DNA of 34,319 nt from positions 4,850 to 39,168 of the forward strand of contig CAYXHS010000001.1 of the NCBI GenBank assembly GCA_964465105.1, read 5' to 3'. Under the pieces are notes generated by a model. It searched no databases and was not told the origin of the DNA. It saw only the letters and a program-made list of their open reading frames with translations. The position numbers and the translations under genes are program-made. The stretch is from an uncultured Nitrososphaeria archaeon (GTDB lineage: Archaea > Thermoproteota > Nitrososphaeria_A > Caldarchaeales > Wolframiiraptoraceae). This document shows, piece by piece, positions 9,097-17,743 of this stretch. The stretch's first letter is position 1. Each line of letters opens with the position of its first letter.

Positions 9097-10178
9097 TTCA
9101 TCTCCACCTCCCTAAGAACATCTTTGATTACCTGCCTGATGTCTATACCCGCGGGGCACCAGGTGATGCATCTTCCGCATCCCACGCATCCGAATGCCCC
9201 GAACTGCCTGATCCAGTAAACGAACTTGTGGAGAACCCAGTGCCTATACCTGGCGTGGAGGCTTTTCCTGAAGTGGCCTCCAGCGACCTGAGCATAGCTG
9301 TAGCTGTGGCATCCATCCCAAACTCGTATCCTTTTAGCGGATCCATCAAGCTCGGGTTCATCAACTATGTCGAAGCAGAAGCATGTCGGACAAACCATGT
9401 TGCAGTTCGCACATCCAAAGCACTTTTCAGCGATCTTCTTGTATGCTTCAGCGTCGACGCCCGCTTCTAAAACCTCTGGGAGGTTCTCAAGCGAGAATTC
9501 AGCCCTAGCCTTGCTTGAAGCCTCCTCCGCCGCAGCCCTAAACCTGTCGATCACCTCGTCGCTCGCAGGCTCCAGCCTCAGCTCGCTCAGCAGATCAACC
9601 CCAAGATCGCTTCCAGGCTGGAAGAGGACCAGATCATCCTCAAGCCTCGTGTATGCTATGTCGAAGCCCTTGGCCGCAATGGGCCCAGTTCCCATCGTCG
9701 AGCAGAAGCAGGTGTCTCCAGGCTCGATGCAGTTCTCAACGATGAGCAAGAGGTTTTTTCTCATCTGAAGGTAATATTGGTCTCCGAGAGCTCCTTGGAC
9801 GTCGTCCATGATTCTTATGGCCGCTAGGTCGCATGGCTTTATCCCGAACAACGCAGTCTTCCTAAACTCGTAGCTTGGATACTCTATGCTCAGGTCAGGT
9901 TTAGCCGTGAAGAGGAGAAGCTCAGGAGGGTAAAGAAGCCTCTTAGGGGAGTCGGGGCCATTCCTGAAACGCCCTCCATTCTCAACCACCCTATAGCGTC
10001 CAGGCGCCTGCTCATCCCCAAAGCCATAAGGTATCTCAGCGAAGTCGGATAGATGCTTTAACCTTATGGCTGAGCCCTCAAGCTTCGGCCCGATGATCTC
10101 ATAACCTCTGGATTTAATGTGGTCGAAGAGCGACTTCAGCTCCTTAAATGCTCCAACGTAAATCGAGCCGCGGAACAA
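9084..10178 (-). CDS. hydB: hydrogenase beta subunit, 4Fe-4S dicluster protein
   Basis: 364 aa. CFGCANCNMVCPTCFCF and CVGCGRCITWCPAGI ferredoxin-type motifs. First gene of the four-gene cluster. The only usable start is TTG at 10176-10178, immediately after an in-frame stop. Confidence 0.8.
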   Translation of the reverse strand: MFRGSIYVGAFKELKSLFDHIKSRGYEIIGPKLEGSAIRLKHLSDFAEIPYGFGDEQAPGRYRVVENGGRFRNGPDSPKRLLYPPELLLFTAKPDLSIEYPSYEFRKTALFGIKPCDLAAIRIMDDVQGALGDQYYLQMRKNLLLIVENCIEPGDTCFCSTMGTGPIAAKGFDIAYTRLEDDLVLFQPGSDLGVDLLSELRLEPASDEVIDRFRAAAEEASSKARAEFSLENLPEVLEAGVDAEAYKKIAEKCFGCANCNMVCPTCFCFDIVDEPELDGSAKRIRVWDGCHSYSYAQVAGGHFRKSLHARYRHWVLHKFVYWIRQFGAFGCVGCGRCITWCPAGIDIRQVIKDVLREVEMKCKR

Positions 10179-10255
10179 CTAGAATCGTGAAGACTGTGAA
10201 ATTTTCAGAATTTTAGTTTTTCCTAATACATTTTTCCATCATGTATTGGGTAGGC

Positions 10256-11326
10256 TCAGCAGATCCTCGGAACAGGATCTCCTAGGGGCATCGGGAGATA
10301 CCTCACGCCGCCTATCCTAGTCTCAACGACCACTCCCTCATACTCATCCGTGAACCTCCCGATGATCTCAGCGTCTTTTCCTAATGGGTGCGAGCGAAGA
10401 GCCTCCAATACATCATCGGTATACCTCTCGGAGACGGCTAAGACGGCTTTCCCCTCGTTCGCCAGCTCCAAAGGCTCTATGCCGAGGATCTCGCAAGCCG
10501 CCTGAACCTCCTCGTGTATCGGTATCTTCTCCTCCTCCAAGATTAGCCCCAATCCAGCCATCTCGCTCCACTCGTTTAGAAGTGCTGCAAGCCCACCTCT
10601 CGTCGGATCCTTTGCGGCTACTACGCCTCCAACCTCTAGGGCGCTTGAGATAAGCTTGTTTAATGGGGCGACGTCGGATCTCAATTCTCCAATCTCGAAG
10701 CCGAGCTCTCCTCTCGCAGCTATCACCGCCATGGCGTGATCGCCGACTGTTCCAGAAATGATTATCCTATCTCCAGGTCTTATGTTCCGTGGGTCTAGCC
10801 ACCTCGATCTCAGGGCTCTGCCGTCAGAAGAGGCTTTTCTCAGGTTCTCGTCGAGGTGAGGGCTTCTCCCACCTATTCCCGCCGTGTTCACGATTATCTC
10901 CTCCAGCTTCCCCTTCTCAACGACCTTCGTGTCCCCCGTAACCACCTCCACGCCCGCCTCGCTCGCGGTGTTCTCGATGCTGCTCAGGATCTTATCCAGC
11001 TTAGAGAGCTCGAATCCCTCCTCAATCACCAGGGCGCATGAGATCGCTATGGGCTCTGCTCCGATGACCGAGAGATCGTTGATCGTTCCCGAGACGCTTA
11101 GCCTCCCTATATCTCCTCCTGGGAAGAAGATGGGCTTAACCGTGTAGGAGTCGGTTGTGAAGGCTATTCCGTTTATGACCGCCGAATCGGCTAAAAGGGT
11201 CAGCGGGATCTCGGCATCTCTCCTAGGCTTAAACCTTGGAAGAATATGTTCCTTCAGTAGCTTATGCATGTAAAGCCCTCCTCCGCCATGCATCATGCTT
11301 ATCCGCTCTTCATCTCGACTTGCCAT
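10256..11326 (-). CDS. hypE: hydrogenase maturation protein HypE
   Basis: 356 aa. PurM/AIR-synthase-like fold, and the diagnostic C-terminal PRIC motif ends the protein. Confidence 0.93.
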   Translation of the reverse strand: MASRDEERISMMHGGGGLYMHKLLKEHILPRFKPRRDAEIPLTLLADSAVINGIAFTTDSYTVKPIFFPGGDIGRLSVSGTINDLSVIGAEPIAISCALVIEEGFELSKLDKILSSIENTASEAGVEVVTGDTKVVEKGKLEEIIVNTAGIGGRSPHLDENLRKASSDGRALRSRWLDPRNIRPGDRIIISGTVGDHAMAVIAARGELGFEIGELRSDVAPLNKLISSALEVGGVVAAKDPTRGGLAALLNEWSEMAGLGLILEEEKIPIHEEVQAACEILGIEPLELANEGKAVLAVSERYTDDVLEALRSHPLGKDAEIIGRFTDEYEGVVVETRIGGVRYLPMPLGDPVPRIC

Positions 11327-11330
11327 CCTT

Positions 11331-12500
11331 TCACCTCCCTTCGACCTGATCCTCAGCCTTCATCCCGCATACGCCGCTCATGCATCTAGGATTCCTAATC
11401 AACCTATTTTGCGCCCATATCCTGCATGTTCCCTCAACGCCGACCATCGCTGGGCCTATTGGCGTAGACGGCGTGCAACTTCTCATATAGAGCGGGCATT
11501 CAGGCGGATCTATCAGGCCCTTTATCACCTCAGCGCATCTAGCCTTGGAGGGGAAGTAGTCTCCTCCTTTCCGCCCGATCCCATAGACTTTTCTCGCATC
11601 GATTCTCGAGAACTTCTCCTTGACATCCATGAAGCTTTCAGGGATCACCGCAACCCCTCTCCAATAGCCTTCTTTCAGGTCAAACGCTTCCCGCAAAGCT
11701 CGCTGAGCCCTAAGATTCCCCTCCCAGGTAACCGACCTCCTATACTCGTTCTCGATCTTAGGCGTCCCATCCCTCAGCTGTCTCAAGACCATGTATATCG
11801 CCATGAGAACGTCTATGGGCTCAAACCCCGCGAAGACCATGGGCTTCCCGCACCTATCGAAGTAGGGCTTGTAGGCTTTCATCCCACTTATCGTGGACGC
11901 ATGCCCAGGATTAATGAAAGCATCTATCGCCAGGTCCTCAGACTCCGCGAGAAGCCCCACCGCGGGCGGAACATACCTGTGAGCCGAAAGTATCTTCAGA
12001 TTTTCAGGAAGCCCTCTCAAGATCCAGTAAGCGACTATCGGAGCGGTTGTCTCAAATCCCGCGCCGAGAAAAACGTATTCCTCGCTTGGGTTTGATTTCG
12101 CCAGCTTAACCGCATCCATGAAGCTGTATACGATTCCAACCTTCCCGCCTTCGGCTTCACAATCCTCAAGGGAAATCATTCTCGATCCCTTAGCCCTAGA
12201 CATGTCCCCGTATGTGAGAACGTGGATTCCGTCTAGCGCCAGCTTTATCGCGGCATCTATATCGGAGGCGGGTGTAATGCAGACAGGGCAGCCTGGACCC
12301 GCTCTCACCTCAACGTTTTCAGGTAAAAGGGTCCTTATCCCCCAGTGGGTTATCGTCCACTCATGGGTCCCGCATACATGCATTATCTTAACTCTTGGAA
12401 GGTCTTTGGAGATCTCCCAGATCTTCTGAATTATACTCTTGGCCAGCCCAGGGTCCCTGTATCTCGATATGATTTGCCTCATCGGATCCTTCAGCTTCAA
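11331..12500 (-). CDS. hypD: hydrogenase maturation protein HypD
   Basis: 389 aa. CGTHEWTITH, GPGCPVCI, GFETTAP and PGHASTISG motifs. C-terminal Cx12Cx6Cx16C Fe-S motif. Confidence 0.93.
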   Translation of the reverse strand: MKLKDPMRQIISRYRDPGLAKSIIQKIWEISKDLPRVKIMHVCGTHEWTITHWGIRTLLPENVEVRAGPGCPVCITPASDIDAAIKLALDGIHVLTYGDMSRAKGSRMISLEDCEAEGGKVGIVYSFMDAVKLAKSNPSEEYVFLGAGFETTAPIVAYWILRGLPENLKILSAHRYVPPAVGLLAESEDLAIDAFINPGHASTISGMKAYKPYFDRCGKPMVFAGFEPIDVLMAIYMVLRQLRDGTPKIENEYRRSVTWEGNLRAQRALREAFDLKEGYWRGVAVIPESFMDVKEKFSRIDARKVYGIGRKGGDYFPSKARCAEVIKGLIDPPECPLYMRSCTPSTPIGPAMVGVEGTCRIWAQNRLIRNPRCMSGVCGMKAEDQVEGR

Positions 12501-12604
12501 GCCTTTCTCGAATGCCTTACCCCCTCGCTCTCAATAAAAGCTTAACTATCAAGCTTTCTCCAAGAAACTTATTAGCACACTGCTGCGCTCTTGTCGCTGA
12601 TGAG

Positions 12605-13105
12605 ATGAGCTGGAAAAATGTCCTTAGAGACGTTCTTGAAAGATCTCTTAAGAGAAATGGAGACCTAGTCTTTGTGGGCTTGGGAAACCCTCTCAGAGGC
12701 GATGATGGCATAGGTGTAAAAATTGCTGCGAAGCTCAGCGAGACCTTAAGGCATGAAAGAGTTAAGATTCTAGTGGTCGAAGAGCGAGTTGATCTGCTCC
12801 CGAGGGAGTTGGAGCGCTTGAAGCCGGCGATGATTTTATTTTTCGACGCAGTAGATTTCGGAGGAAACCCTGGTGAGATAAGGCTTATGAGCTTACGAGA
12901 ATCCGCGGGGAAAGCGATCTCAACCCATGAGATTCCTCTGGAGCTTATCGTTAAGATTTCGGGTATAAGCTCGCCAACATATCTTCTGGGCGTTCAGGTG
13001 AAGAGCCTAGAGTTCGGAGAACAGGTAAGCCCGCCCGTTAAAGCCGCTGGAGAAGAGGTCATAAGATTTCTTCAAGAGACTCTAAGTAAGTATCTATTAC
13101 TATAG
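12605..13105 (+). CDS. hydrogenase maturation endopeptidase (HycI/HybD family)
   Basis: The ORF track starts at 12512, but ATG at 12605 gives a 166-aa protein of normal family length. Motifs: VFVGLGNPLRGDDGIGVKIA, ILFFDAVDFGGNPGEIRL, STHEIPL (metal ligands of the endopeptidase family). Sits 64 bp upstream of the membrane hydrogenase operon. Confidence 0.85.
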   Translation: MSWKNVLRDVLERSLKRNGDLVFVGLGNPLRGDDGIGVKIAAKLSETLRHERVKILVVEERVDLLPRELERLKPAMILFFDAVDFGGNPGEIRLMSLRESAGKAISTHEIPLELIVKISGISSPTYLLGVQVKSLEFGEQVSPPVKAAGEEVIRFLQETLSKYLLL

Positions 13106-13112
13106 GCTTCCA

Positions 13113-13118
13113 TTTTTT
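13113..13118 (+). terminator. oligo-T tract after the endopeptidase gene
   Basis: T6 run 8 nt after the TAG stop. Archaeal intrinsic termination uses oligo-T. Confidence 0.3.
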
Positions 13119-13128
13119 GAGCGGAGGC

Positions 13129-13142
13129 TAAATTTAAATTTA
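13129..13142 (+). promoter_or_regulatory. TATA-like element (TAAATTTAAATTTA) for the membrane hydrogenase operon
   Basis: AT-only palindromic 14-mer centred about 34 nt upstream of the first ATG (13170). The only AT-rich block in the 64-bp spacer. Confidence 0.45.
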
Positions 13143-13169
13143 CGCAGTAGAGTGTAGTAGCGAGCTATC

Positions 13170-13493
13170 ATGGAAGCAGTTATCGCTCTGATGATAGCCT
13201 TCATTGTCATTCTACTGATCTACCTTCTCGGAGGAGCCATCTCCGCAAAGGCTCCGAAGACTGGAGGAAAGCTTGAACCTTATGCGTGTGGGGAGAATTT
13301 TCCTCCAGCTAGAAGCCCCATAAGATTACTTCTCTTCAATTTCGCAGCTCTTTTCATGATCTTTGATGTCATAGCTCTTTTCATAGCCTTCACGATAAAC
13401 GTTCCTGCAGCTTACAAGCCCAGCATACTAACCTTAATCGTAATTTACGGCATGGTTTTGGGATTGTCAATTCGCTTGCTTGGAAGGAGATGA
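13170..13493 (+). CDS. nuoA: NuoA/ND3-like membrane subunit of the complex-I-like hydrogenase operon
   Basis: 107 aa, three predicted TM helices. Loop motif EPYACGE and TM2 motif ALFMIFDVIALF resemble NuoA (PYECG ... FLIFDVE). ATGA overlap with the next gene. Confidence 0.7.
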   Translation: MEAVIALMIAFIVILLIYLLGGAISAKAPKTGGKLEPYACGENFPPARSPIRLLLFNFAALFMIFDVIALFIAFTINVPAAYKPSILTLIVIYGMVLGLSIRLLGRR

Positions 13494-13939
13494 TTGGAAT
13501 GGGGTTAATGGAGAAGCTGATCAGGAAGTGTAGAGCGAGAAGTCCTTGGATCCTCCTGTTCGATACTGGAGCATGTAACGCATGTGATATAGAGGTGGCG
13601 GCATGCCTGACCCCCCGCTATGATGTCGAGAGATTTGGAACCCTGCTGAGGGGAAGCCCCAGGCACGCAGACATACTCGTCGTGACAGGCCCCGTCACCA
13701 GGCAGGCCAGAGATAGGCTCATCCGAATTTATGAGCAGATGCCTGAGCCCAAGTTCGTTGTCGCTGCTGGAACCTGCGCAACCAGCGGGGGAGCATATTG
13801 GGGGTGTTATAACACCTATCCTGGACTGGACTCCGTGATACCTGTTCACGCCTATGTCTCGGGATGCCCCGTCAAGCCTGAAGCGGTCTTGAAGGCCTTG
13901 AGCATTCTGGTGGAGAAAATAGAGAAGGGGGAGGTTTAG
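13490..13939 (+). CDS. NuoB-position subunit, sequence of a group 4 [NiFe]-hydrogenase small subunit
   Basis: 149 aa. DTGACNACDIE (CxxC, not the tandem CC of complex I NuoB), GTCATSGG and SGCPVKPE give four Cys for one [4Fe-4S] cluster. Confidence 0.9.
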   Translation: MIGMGLMEKLIRKCRARSPWILLFDTGACNACDIEVAACLTPRYDVERFGTLLRGSPRHADILVVTGPVTRQARDRLIRIYEQMPEPKFVVAAGTCATSGGAYWGCYNTYPGLDSVIPVHAYVSGCPVKPEAVLKALSILVEKIEKGEV

Positions 13940-13945
13940 CAGAAG

Positions 13946-14416
13946 ATGGATGAGAAGGAGATCCTGCAGAAGATCGTCGAGCGATTCGGCGAGAAGATCC
14001 TTGACGCCAAGGTCATCGGAGCGAGGAGGATCACGGTAAGGGTTCCGCCAGAAGCTTACAAGGAGGTGGTAAGCTATGTCGCCCACGATCTCGGACTGAG
14101 CTTCCTGAGCTGCCTAAGCGGAATCGATCAAGGAGAAAACCTCGAAGTGGTGGCGCATATAGGCTACTCGATATGCGTCCTAGTTAGGACCCTGATACCC
14201 AAGGATAAACCTGAGATCGAATCGATAACCGACGTCCTTCCCGCCGCGAGCCTCTATGAACGTGAGGCCCATGACCTGCTTGGAATAGTTTTCAAAGGTC
14301 ACCCGAATCTCAAGAGGATTTTCCTCCCAGAAGATTGGCCTAAAGGAGTTTACCCGCTTAGGAAGGATTACGCTCCAAGTCATCCTAAGCCCTTGAGAGG
14401 AGGTGAAGGCGAGTGA
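13946..14416 (+). CDS. NuoC/HycE-N-terminal/MbhK-like 30-kDa-family subunit
   Basis: 156 aa. LYEREAHDLLGIVFKGHP...RIFLPEDWP is the conserved NuoC-family core. GTGA overlap with the next gene. Confidence 0.85.
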   Translation: MDEKEILQKIVERFGEKILDAKVIGARRITVRVPPEAYKEVVSYVAHDLGLSFLSCLSGIDQGENLEVVAHIGYSICVLVRTLIPKDKPEIESITDVLPAASLYEREAHDLLGIVFKGHPNLKRIFLPEDWPKGVYPLRKDYAPSHPKPLRGGEGE

Positions 14417-15597
14417 GCTTCGAGGTCCCAATAGGGCCGCAGCACCCCATTCACGTCGAGCCTTTGATGCTTAGGTTGAAGGTTGACGGAGAGCTTATCG
14501 TGGACGTCGATGTCGATGTGAGCTACCTGCACAGGGGAATAGAGAAGGGACTCGAGGTTAGGACCTACCTGCAGGGCCTTTACCTCGCTGAGAGGATCTG
14601 CGGGATATGCAATTGCGCTCACTCTCTCTGCTACTGCTTGAACGTCGAGCAGCTTCTCGGAAAGGAGGCTCCTCCGAGAGCGAAGTATCTCAGGGTGATA
14701 GTCGAGGAGCTCAGCAGGATGCACAGCCACCTTCTATGGCTCGGCCACTACTTCCACACCCTCGGCTTCGAGACGCTCTTCATGTACTTCTGGAGGGATA
14801 GGGAGAGGGTCATGGACATGCTCGAGCTGATCACTGGAAACAGGGTCACGACGGCATACAATACGATAGGAGGGGTTAGGAGGGATATAACGCCTGAGGC
14901 GGAGTCGAAGCTGAGGAAAGCTCTCGACTATCTCGAGGAGCGTTTGCGATACTACGATAAGGTGATAGACTCTGAGCCAACGATATTAGCTAGGACGCAG
15001 GGTGTTGGCTTGCTGAAGCCTGAGGATGCTATCAAGCTTGGAACGGTTGGCCCGCATCTGAGAGCTTCTGGGGTTAAGCATGACGTTAGGCTTGATGATC
15101 CTTACAGCGGCCATGATGAGATACCGTTTAACGTTGTGACTTGGGACACGTGCGACTGCTATGGGAGAATCAAGGTCAGGATGGGCGAGGTGTATGAGTG
15201 CATAAACATGATACGCTACGCCCTCGATCACCTGCCATCAGGAGACTACAGGCTGAAGATCCCGCCTTTCTTCAAGGCCCCTGAGGGAGAATCGCTTAGC
15301 AGGGTTGAGGCCCCAAGAGGAGAGCTCGTCCACTACTCCATATCCAACGGAGGAACCAATCCATATCGATACAAGGTGAGGACCCCGACGCTCGCGAACC
15401 TCTTGTCGGTCACCCACATGCTGAAAAGCAGGGGAGATTACGAAGTCTACATTGCCGATGTTCCGCCGATCTTAGGAGGGATAGATCCATGTATATGCTG
15501 CACGGCTAGGGTGGTGATAACCGATGAAGCGAGGAAGAAGCGTAAGATCTTGACGCTAAGCGATCTGGAGAGATATTCTCGGGAGAAGGGGGGCTAG
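14413..15597 (+). CDS. NuoD-position subunit, sequence of a group 4 [NiFe]-hydrogenase large subunit with cleavable C-terminal tail
   Basis: 394 aa. IGPQHP start region. L1 motif ERICGICNCAH (nt 14590-14622). L2 motif DPCICCTAR (nt 15484-15510), followed by a 28-aa tail VVITDEARKKRKILTLSDLERYSREKGG that resembles the E. coli HycE tail as recalled. Confidence 0.9.
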   Translation: MSFEVPIGPQHPIHVEPLMLRLKVDGELIVDVDVDVSYLHRGIEKGLEVRTYLQGLYLAERICGICNCAHSLCYCLNVEQLLGKEAPPRAKYLRVIVEELSRMHSHLLWLGHYFHTLGFETLFMYFWRDRERVMDMLELITGNRVTTAYNTIGGVRRDITPEAESKLRKALDYLEERLRYYDKVIDSEPTILARTQGVGLLKPEDAIKLGTVGPHLRASGVKHDVRLDDPYSGHDEIPFNVVTWDTCDCYGRIKVRMGEVYECINMIRYALDHLPSGDYRLKIPPFFKAPEGESLSRVEAPRGELVHYSISNGGTNPYRYKVRTPTLANLLSVTHMLKSRGDYEVYIADVPPILGGIDPCICCTARVVITDEARKKRKILTLSDLERYSREKGG

Positions 15598-15603
15598 AAG
15601 AAG

Positions 15604-16569
15604 ATGATCGAGAAGATACTCGAAGCGGTAATCTTTCCTGGGGCGATCTTCATTCTGGCGATCTCGCTGTTCTACGAGTGGTTCGACCGAAAGCTTTACG
15701 CCAGGCTCCAGAATAGGGTCGGCCCGCACCTCGCAGGACCTTTCGGCCTATTCCAGCCCTTCGCCGACCTAGTTAAGCTCCTCTCGAAGGAAGATATAGT
15801 TCCGAGGGCGGCGGATGGCTTCCTCTTCACCTTGACCCCAATCCTCGCGCCAACGATCATCTTGTTCGCGTGCATGTTTCTCCCGATAAGCGGGCTGAGC
15901 GGAGTAATCTCCTTCAGGGGAGACCTGATAGCTGTGATGGCGATCCTATCAATCTACACGATAATGGTTTACCTCGCTGGGGAGGGATCGAACAACAGGT
16001 TCGCATCGATCGGAGCGACTAGAGCTGCTCTCCAGCTGATAGGCTATGAGATACCCTTAACCCTGGCTCTCCTGAGCGTGGCCGTCGCGGCGGGATCTCT
16101 AAGCCTTCACGGTATAGTTGAGGCTCAGCTAAGGAGAGGGTTCTGGTTCATCGCGGGGCTTCAGCTGATAGGCTTCGCGATATTCGTGGTGGCTTCTCAG
16201 GCGGAGATGGAGCGGATACCCTTTGACATCCCCGAAGCAGAACAGGAGATCGTGGCTGGATGGGAGGTCGAGTATGGCGGGAGAAGGCTCGCGCTCTTCA
16301 GGCTCTCAAAAGACTTGGAGCTAGTCCTACTATCGGGATTGGGGGCGACGGTGTTCCTCGGAGGTCCCCTCGGCCCCGTGATTCCAGGGCTTGAACCCCT
16401 TCTCTACACGATCTACTTCTTGGTGAAGTCCATAATAGTTCTAGCAGTCTTCACTATCGTTAGAACAATTTTCGCTAGGCTTAGGATAGATCAGATGGTC
16501 TCATTCTCCTGGAGGTGGCTAATGCCTCCAGCCATGATCCTGATAATCTTGACGGAGGTGATCGCCTAG
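15604..16569 (+). CDS. nuoH: NuoH/HycD/MbhM-like membrane subunit
   Basis: 321 aa, polytopic. ERKLxARxQxRxGP-type N-terminus ([16 protein letters not shown]), FADLVKL, and the [16 protein letters not shown] loop typical of the NuoH family. Confidence 0.9.
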   Translation: MIEKILEAVIFPGAIFILAISLFYEWFDRKLYARLQNRVGPHLAGPFGLFQPFADLVKLLSKEDIVPRAADGFLFTLTPILAPTIILFACMFLPISGLSGVISFRGDLIAVMAILSIYTIMVYLAGEGSNNRFASIGATRAALQLIGYEIPLTLALLSVAVAAGSLSLHGIVEAQLRRGFWFIAGLQLIGFAIFVVASQAEMERIPFDIPEAEQEIVAGWEVEYGGRRLALFRLSKDLELVLLSGLGATVFLGGPLGPVIPGLEPLLYTIYFLVKSIIVLAVFTIVRTIFARLRIDQMVSFSWRWLMPPAMILIILTEVIA

Positions 16570-16570
16570 G

Positions 16571-16921
16571 ATGAGGCTTCCAGGATACTTCATAGCGGAA
16601 GCCCTGAGAAACTTGTTCAAGAAAAGGGCAACCATCTTGTATCCCTATCGGGAGGCTGAGAAAGTGCATCTCCCAGAAGGCTTCAGGGGGAGAATAGAGT
16701 TCAATCGAGAAAAGTGCATCGGATGTCAGCTCTGCTCTAGGGTCTGCCCAGCGAAGGCGATAGAGGTCATAGAAGATGAGAAGGGGAAGAGGCCCGTGTT
16801 CCTGATCTATAGGTGTATTTATTGCGGTCAGTGTGCTGAGGTATGTCCAACCAAAGCGATCACCTTGAGCAAGGTGTTCGAGAATATCGCGCTTAGGAAG
16901 GAGGATCTGGTGGTGAGATGA
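16571..16921 (+). CDS. nuoI: NuoI/HycF/MbhN-like 2x[4Fe-4S] ferredoxin subunit
   Basis: 116 aa with [12 protein letters not shown] and [12 protein letters not shown]. Confidence 0.9.
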   Translation: MRLPGYFIAEALRNLFKKRATILYPYREAEKVHLPEGFRGRIEFNREKCIGCQLCSRVCPAKAIEVIEDEKGKRPVFLIYRCIYCGQCAEVCPTKAITLSKVFENIALRKEDLVVR

Positions 16922-17163
16922 TGGAGGCCGCAATACACCTCATCCTGATAATAGTAACCCTCGTCTTCTCGATCCTAGCCGTTGAGATCAAAGACTTACT
17001 GAAAGCGATCCTAGCATTCATGGCGGCGAACATCGCCATGTCGGCGATCTTCTATATCCTCGGCGCACCATATCTAAGCGTCTTCCAGCTTCTGATATAT
17101 GCAGGAGCCATAACGATACTGCTCCTAGCGACCATGCACGCAGGAGAGGAGAGAGGTGATTAG
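16918..17163 (+). CDS. nuoJ: NuoJ-like membrane subunit, N-terminal part (TM1-3)
   Basis: 81 aa. [21 protein letters not shown] matches the conserved NuoJ TM3 segment (VYAGAI). ATGA overlap with nuoI. Confidence 0.75.
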   Translation: MMEAAIHLILIIVTLVFSILAVEIKDLLKAILAFMAANIAMSAIFYILGAPYLSVFQLLIYAGAITILLLATMHAGEERGD

Positions 17164-17422
17164 AATGGAGGCGACCAGAGCTCTCGCAGCCATATTATCG
17201 GTTTTGCTCGCCCTCGCCCTCCTAGCCTATTCCCCCAAGATAACTGAAAGCCTGAAGGCGCCTAGTCTCAAGTTAACAAGCATAGATGAGAACCCTCAGT
17301 TCCTTTGGGCTAATAGAGGGCTTGATCTCCTAATTCAGGCTTTCATGATCCTCGCGGCGGCGATGGCGATCTCGGCTCAGCTTAGAAAAGAGGAGCGGGT
17401 CAGGGAGGTGGAGGAGAAATGA
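17156..17422 (+). CDS. small membrane subunit, probable C-terminal part of a split NuoJ (MbhE-like)
   Basis: 88 aa, two hydrophobic helices separated by a polar loop. Position between the NuoJ N-part and NuoK, overlapping both. Start is GTG at 17156 or ATG at 17165. Confidence 0.55.
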   Translation: MIRMEATRALAAILSVLLALALLAYSPKITESLKAPSLKLTSIDENPQFLWANRGLDLLIQAFMILAAAMAISAQLRKEERVREVEEK

Positions 17423-17739
17423 ACCTATATGAGCTGTATTTCGCTGGATCCCTCCTGCTAATAGTCGTCGGCGTCTACACGCTGGCCTCTAAGAGGAACC
17501 TAGTAAGGATAGTCATAGGCTTGGAGCTCATCACCCTCGGAGTTAACCTTACGATAGCGACCATGGGGATCAGAATGGTAAATGGCGCTGTCTCGATCGA
17601 TGCTCTCGCTCAAAGCATGGTGGCGATCTCCATAGCCATCGCCGCCGCAATCGCCGCTCTGGCCCTATCCCTAGCGATAAACATCTACCGCCATTATGGG
17701 ACTTTTGATGTTAGGAAGCTTAGGAGGTTGAGGTGGTGA
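17419..17739 (+). CDS. nuoK: NuoK/HyfE/MbhG-like membrane subunit
   Basis: 106 aa, three TM helices. IGLELITLGVNL carries the conserved TM2 glutamate. Confidence 0.85.
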   Translation: MNLYELYFAGSLLLIVVGVYTLASKRNLVRIVIGLELITLGVNLTIATMGIRMVNGAVSIDALAQSMVAISIAIAAAIAALALSLAINIYRHYGTFDVRKLRRLRW

Positions 17740-17743
17740 GCCG

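Noticed and set aside
11295-12095. 266-aa ORF on the + strand.
   Set aside because: It lies entirely antisense to hypE/hypD, which have unambiguous family motifs. Its product is Arg/Ser/Pro-rich and low in complexity, typical of a shadow frame in GC-biased coding DNA.
12538-12556. Two AAGCTT palindromes 13 bp apart in the hypD/endopeptidase divergent spacer.
   Set aside because: The 6-mers are short enough to co-occur by chance, and they overlap the probable TATA region. This is too weak to call an operator.
12512-12604. 31-codon N-terminal extension of the endopeptidase ORF.
   Set aside because: The extension runs through the divergent promoter region and is not part of the family fold. 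ATG 12605 gives the normal length of about 165 aa.
13505-14086. 193-aa ORF on the - strand.
   Set aside because: It is antisense to the NuoB- and NuoC-like genes. It has no motif and a shadow-frame composition.
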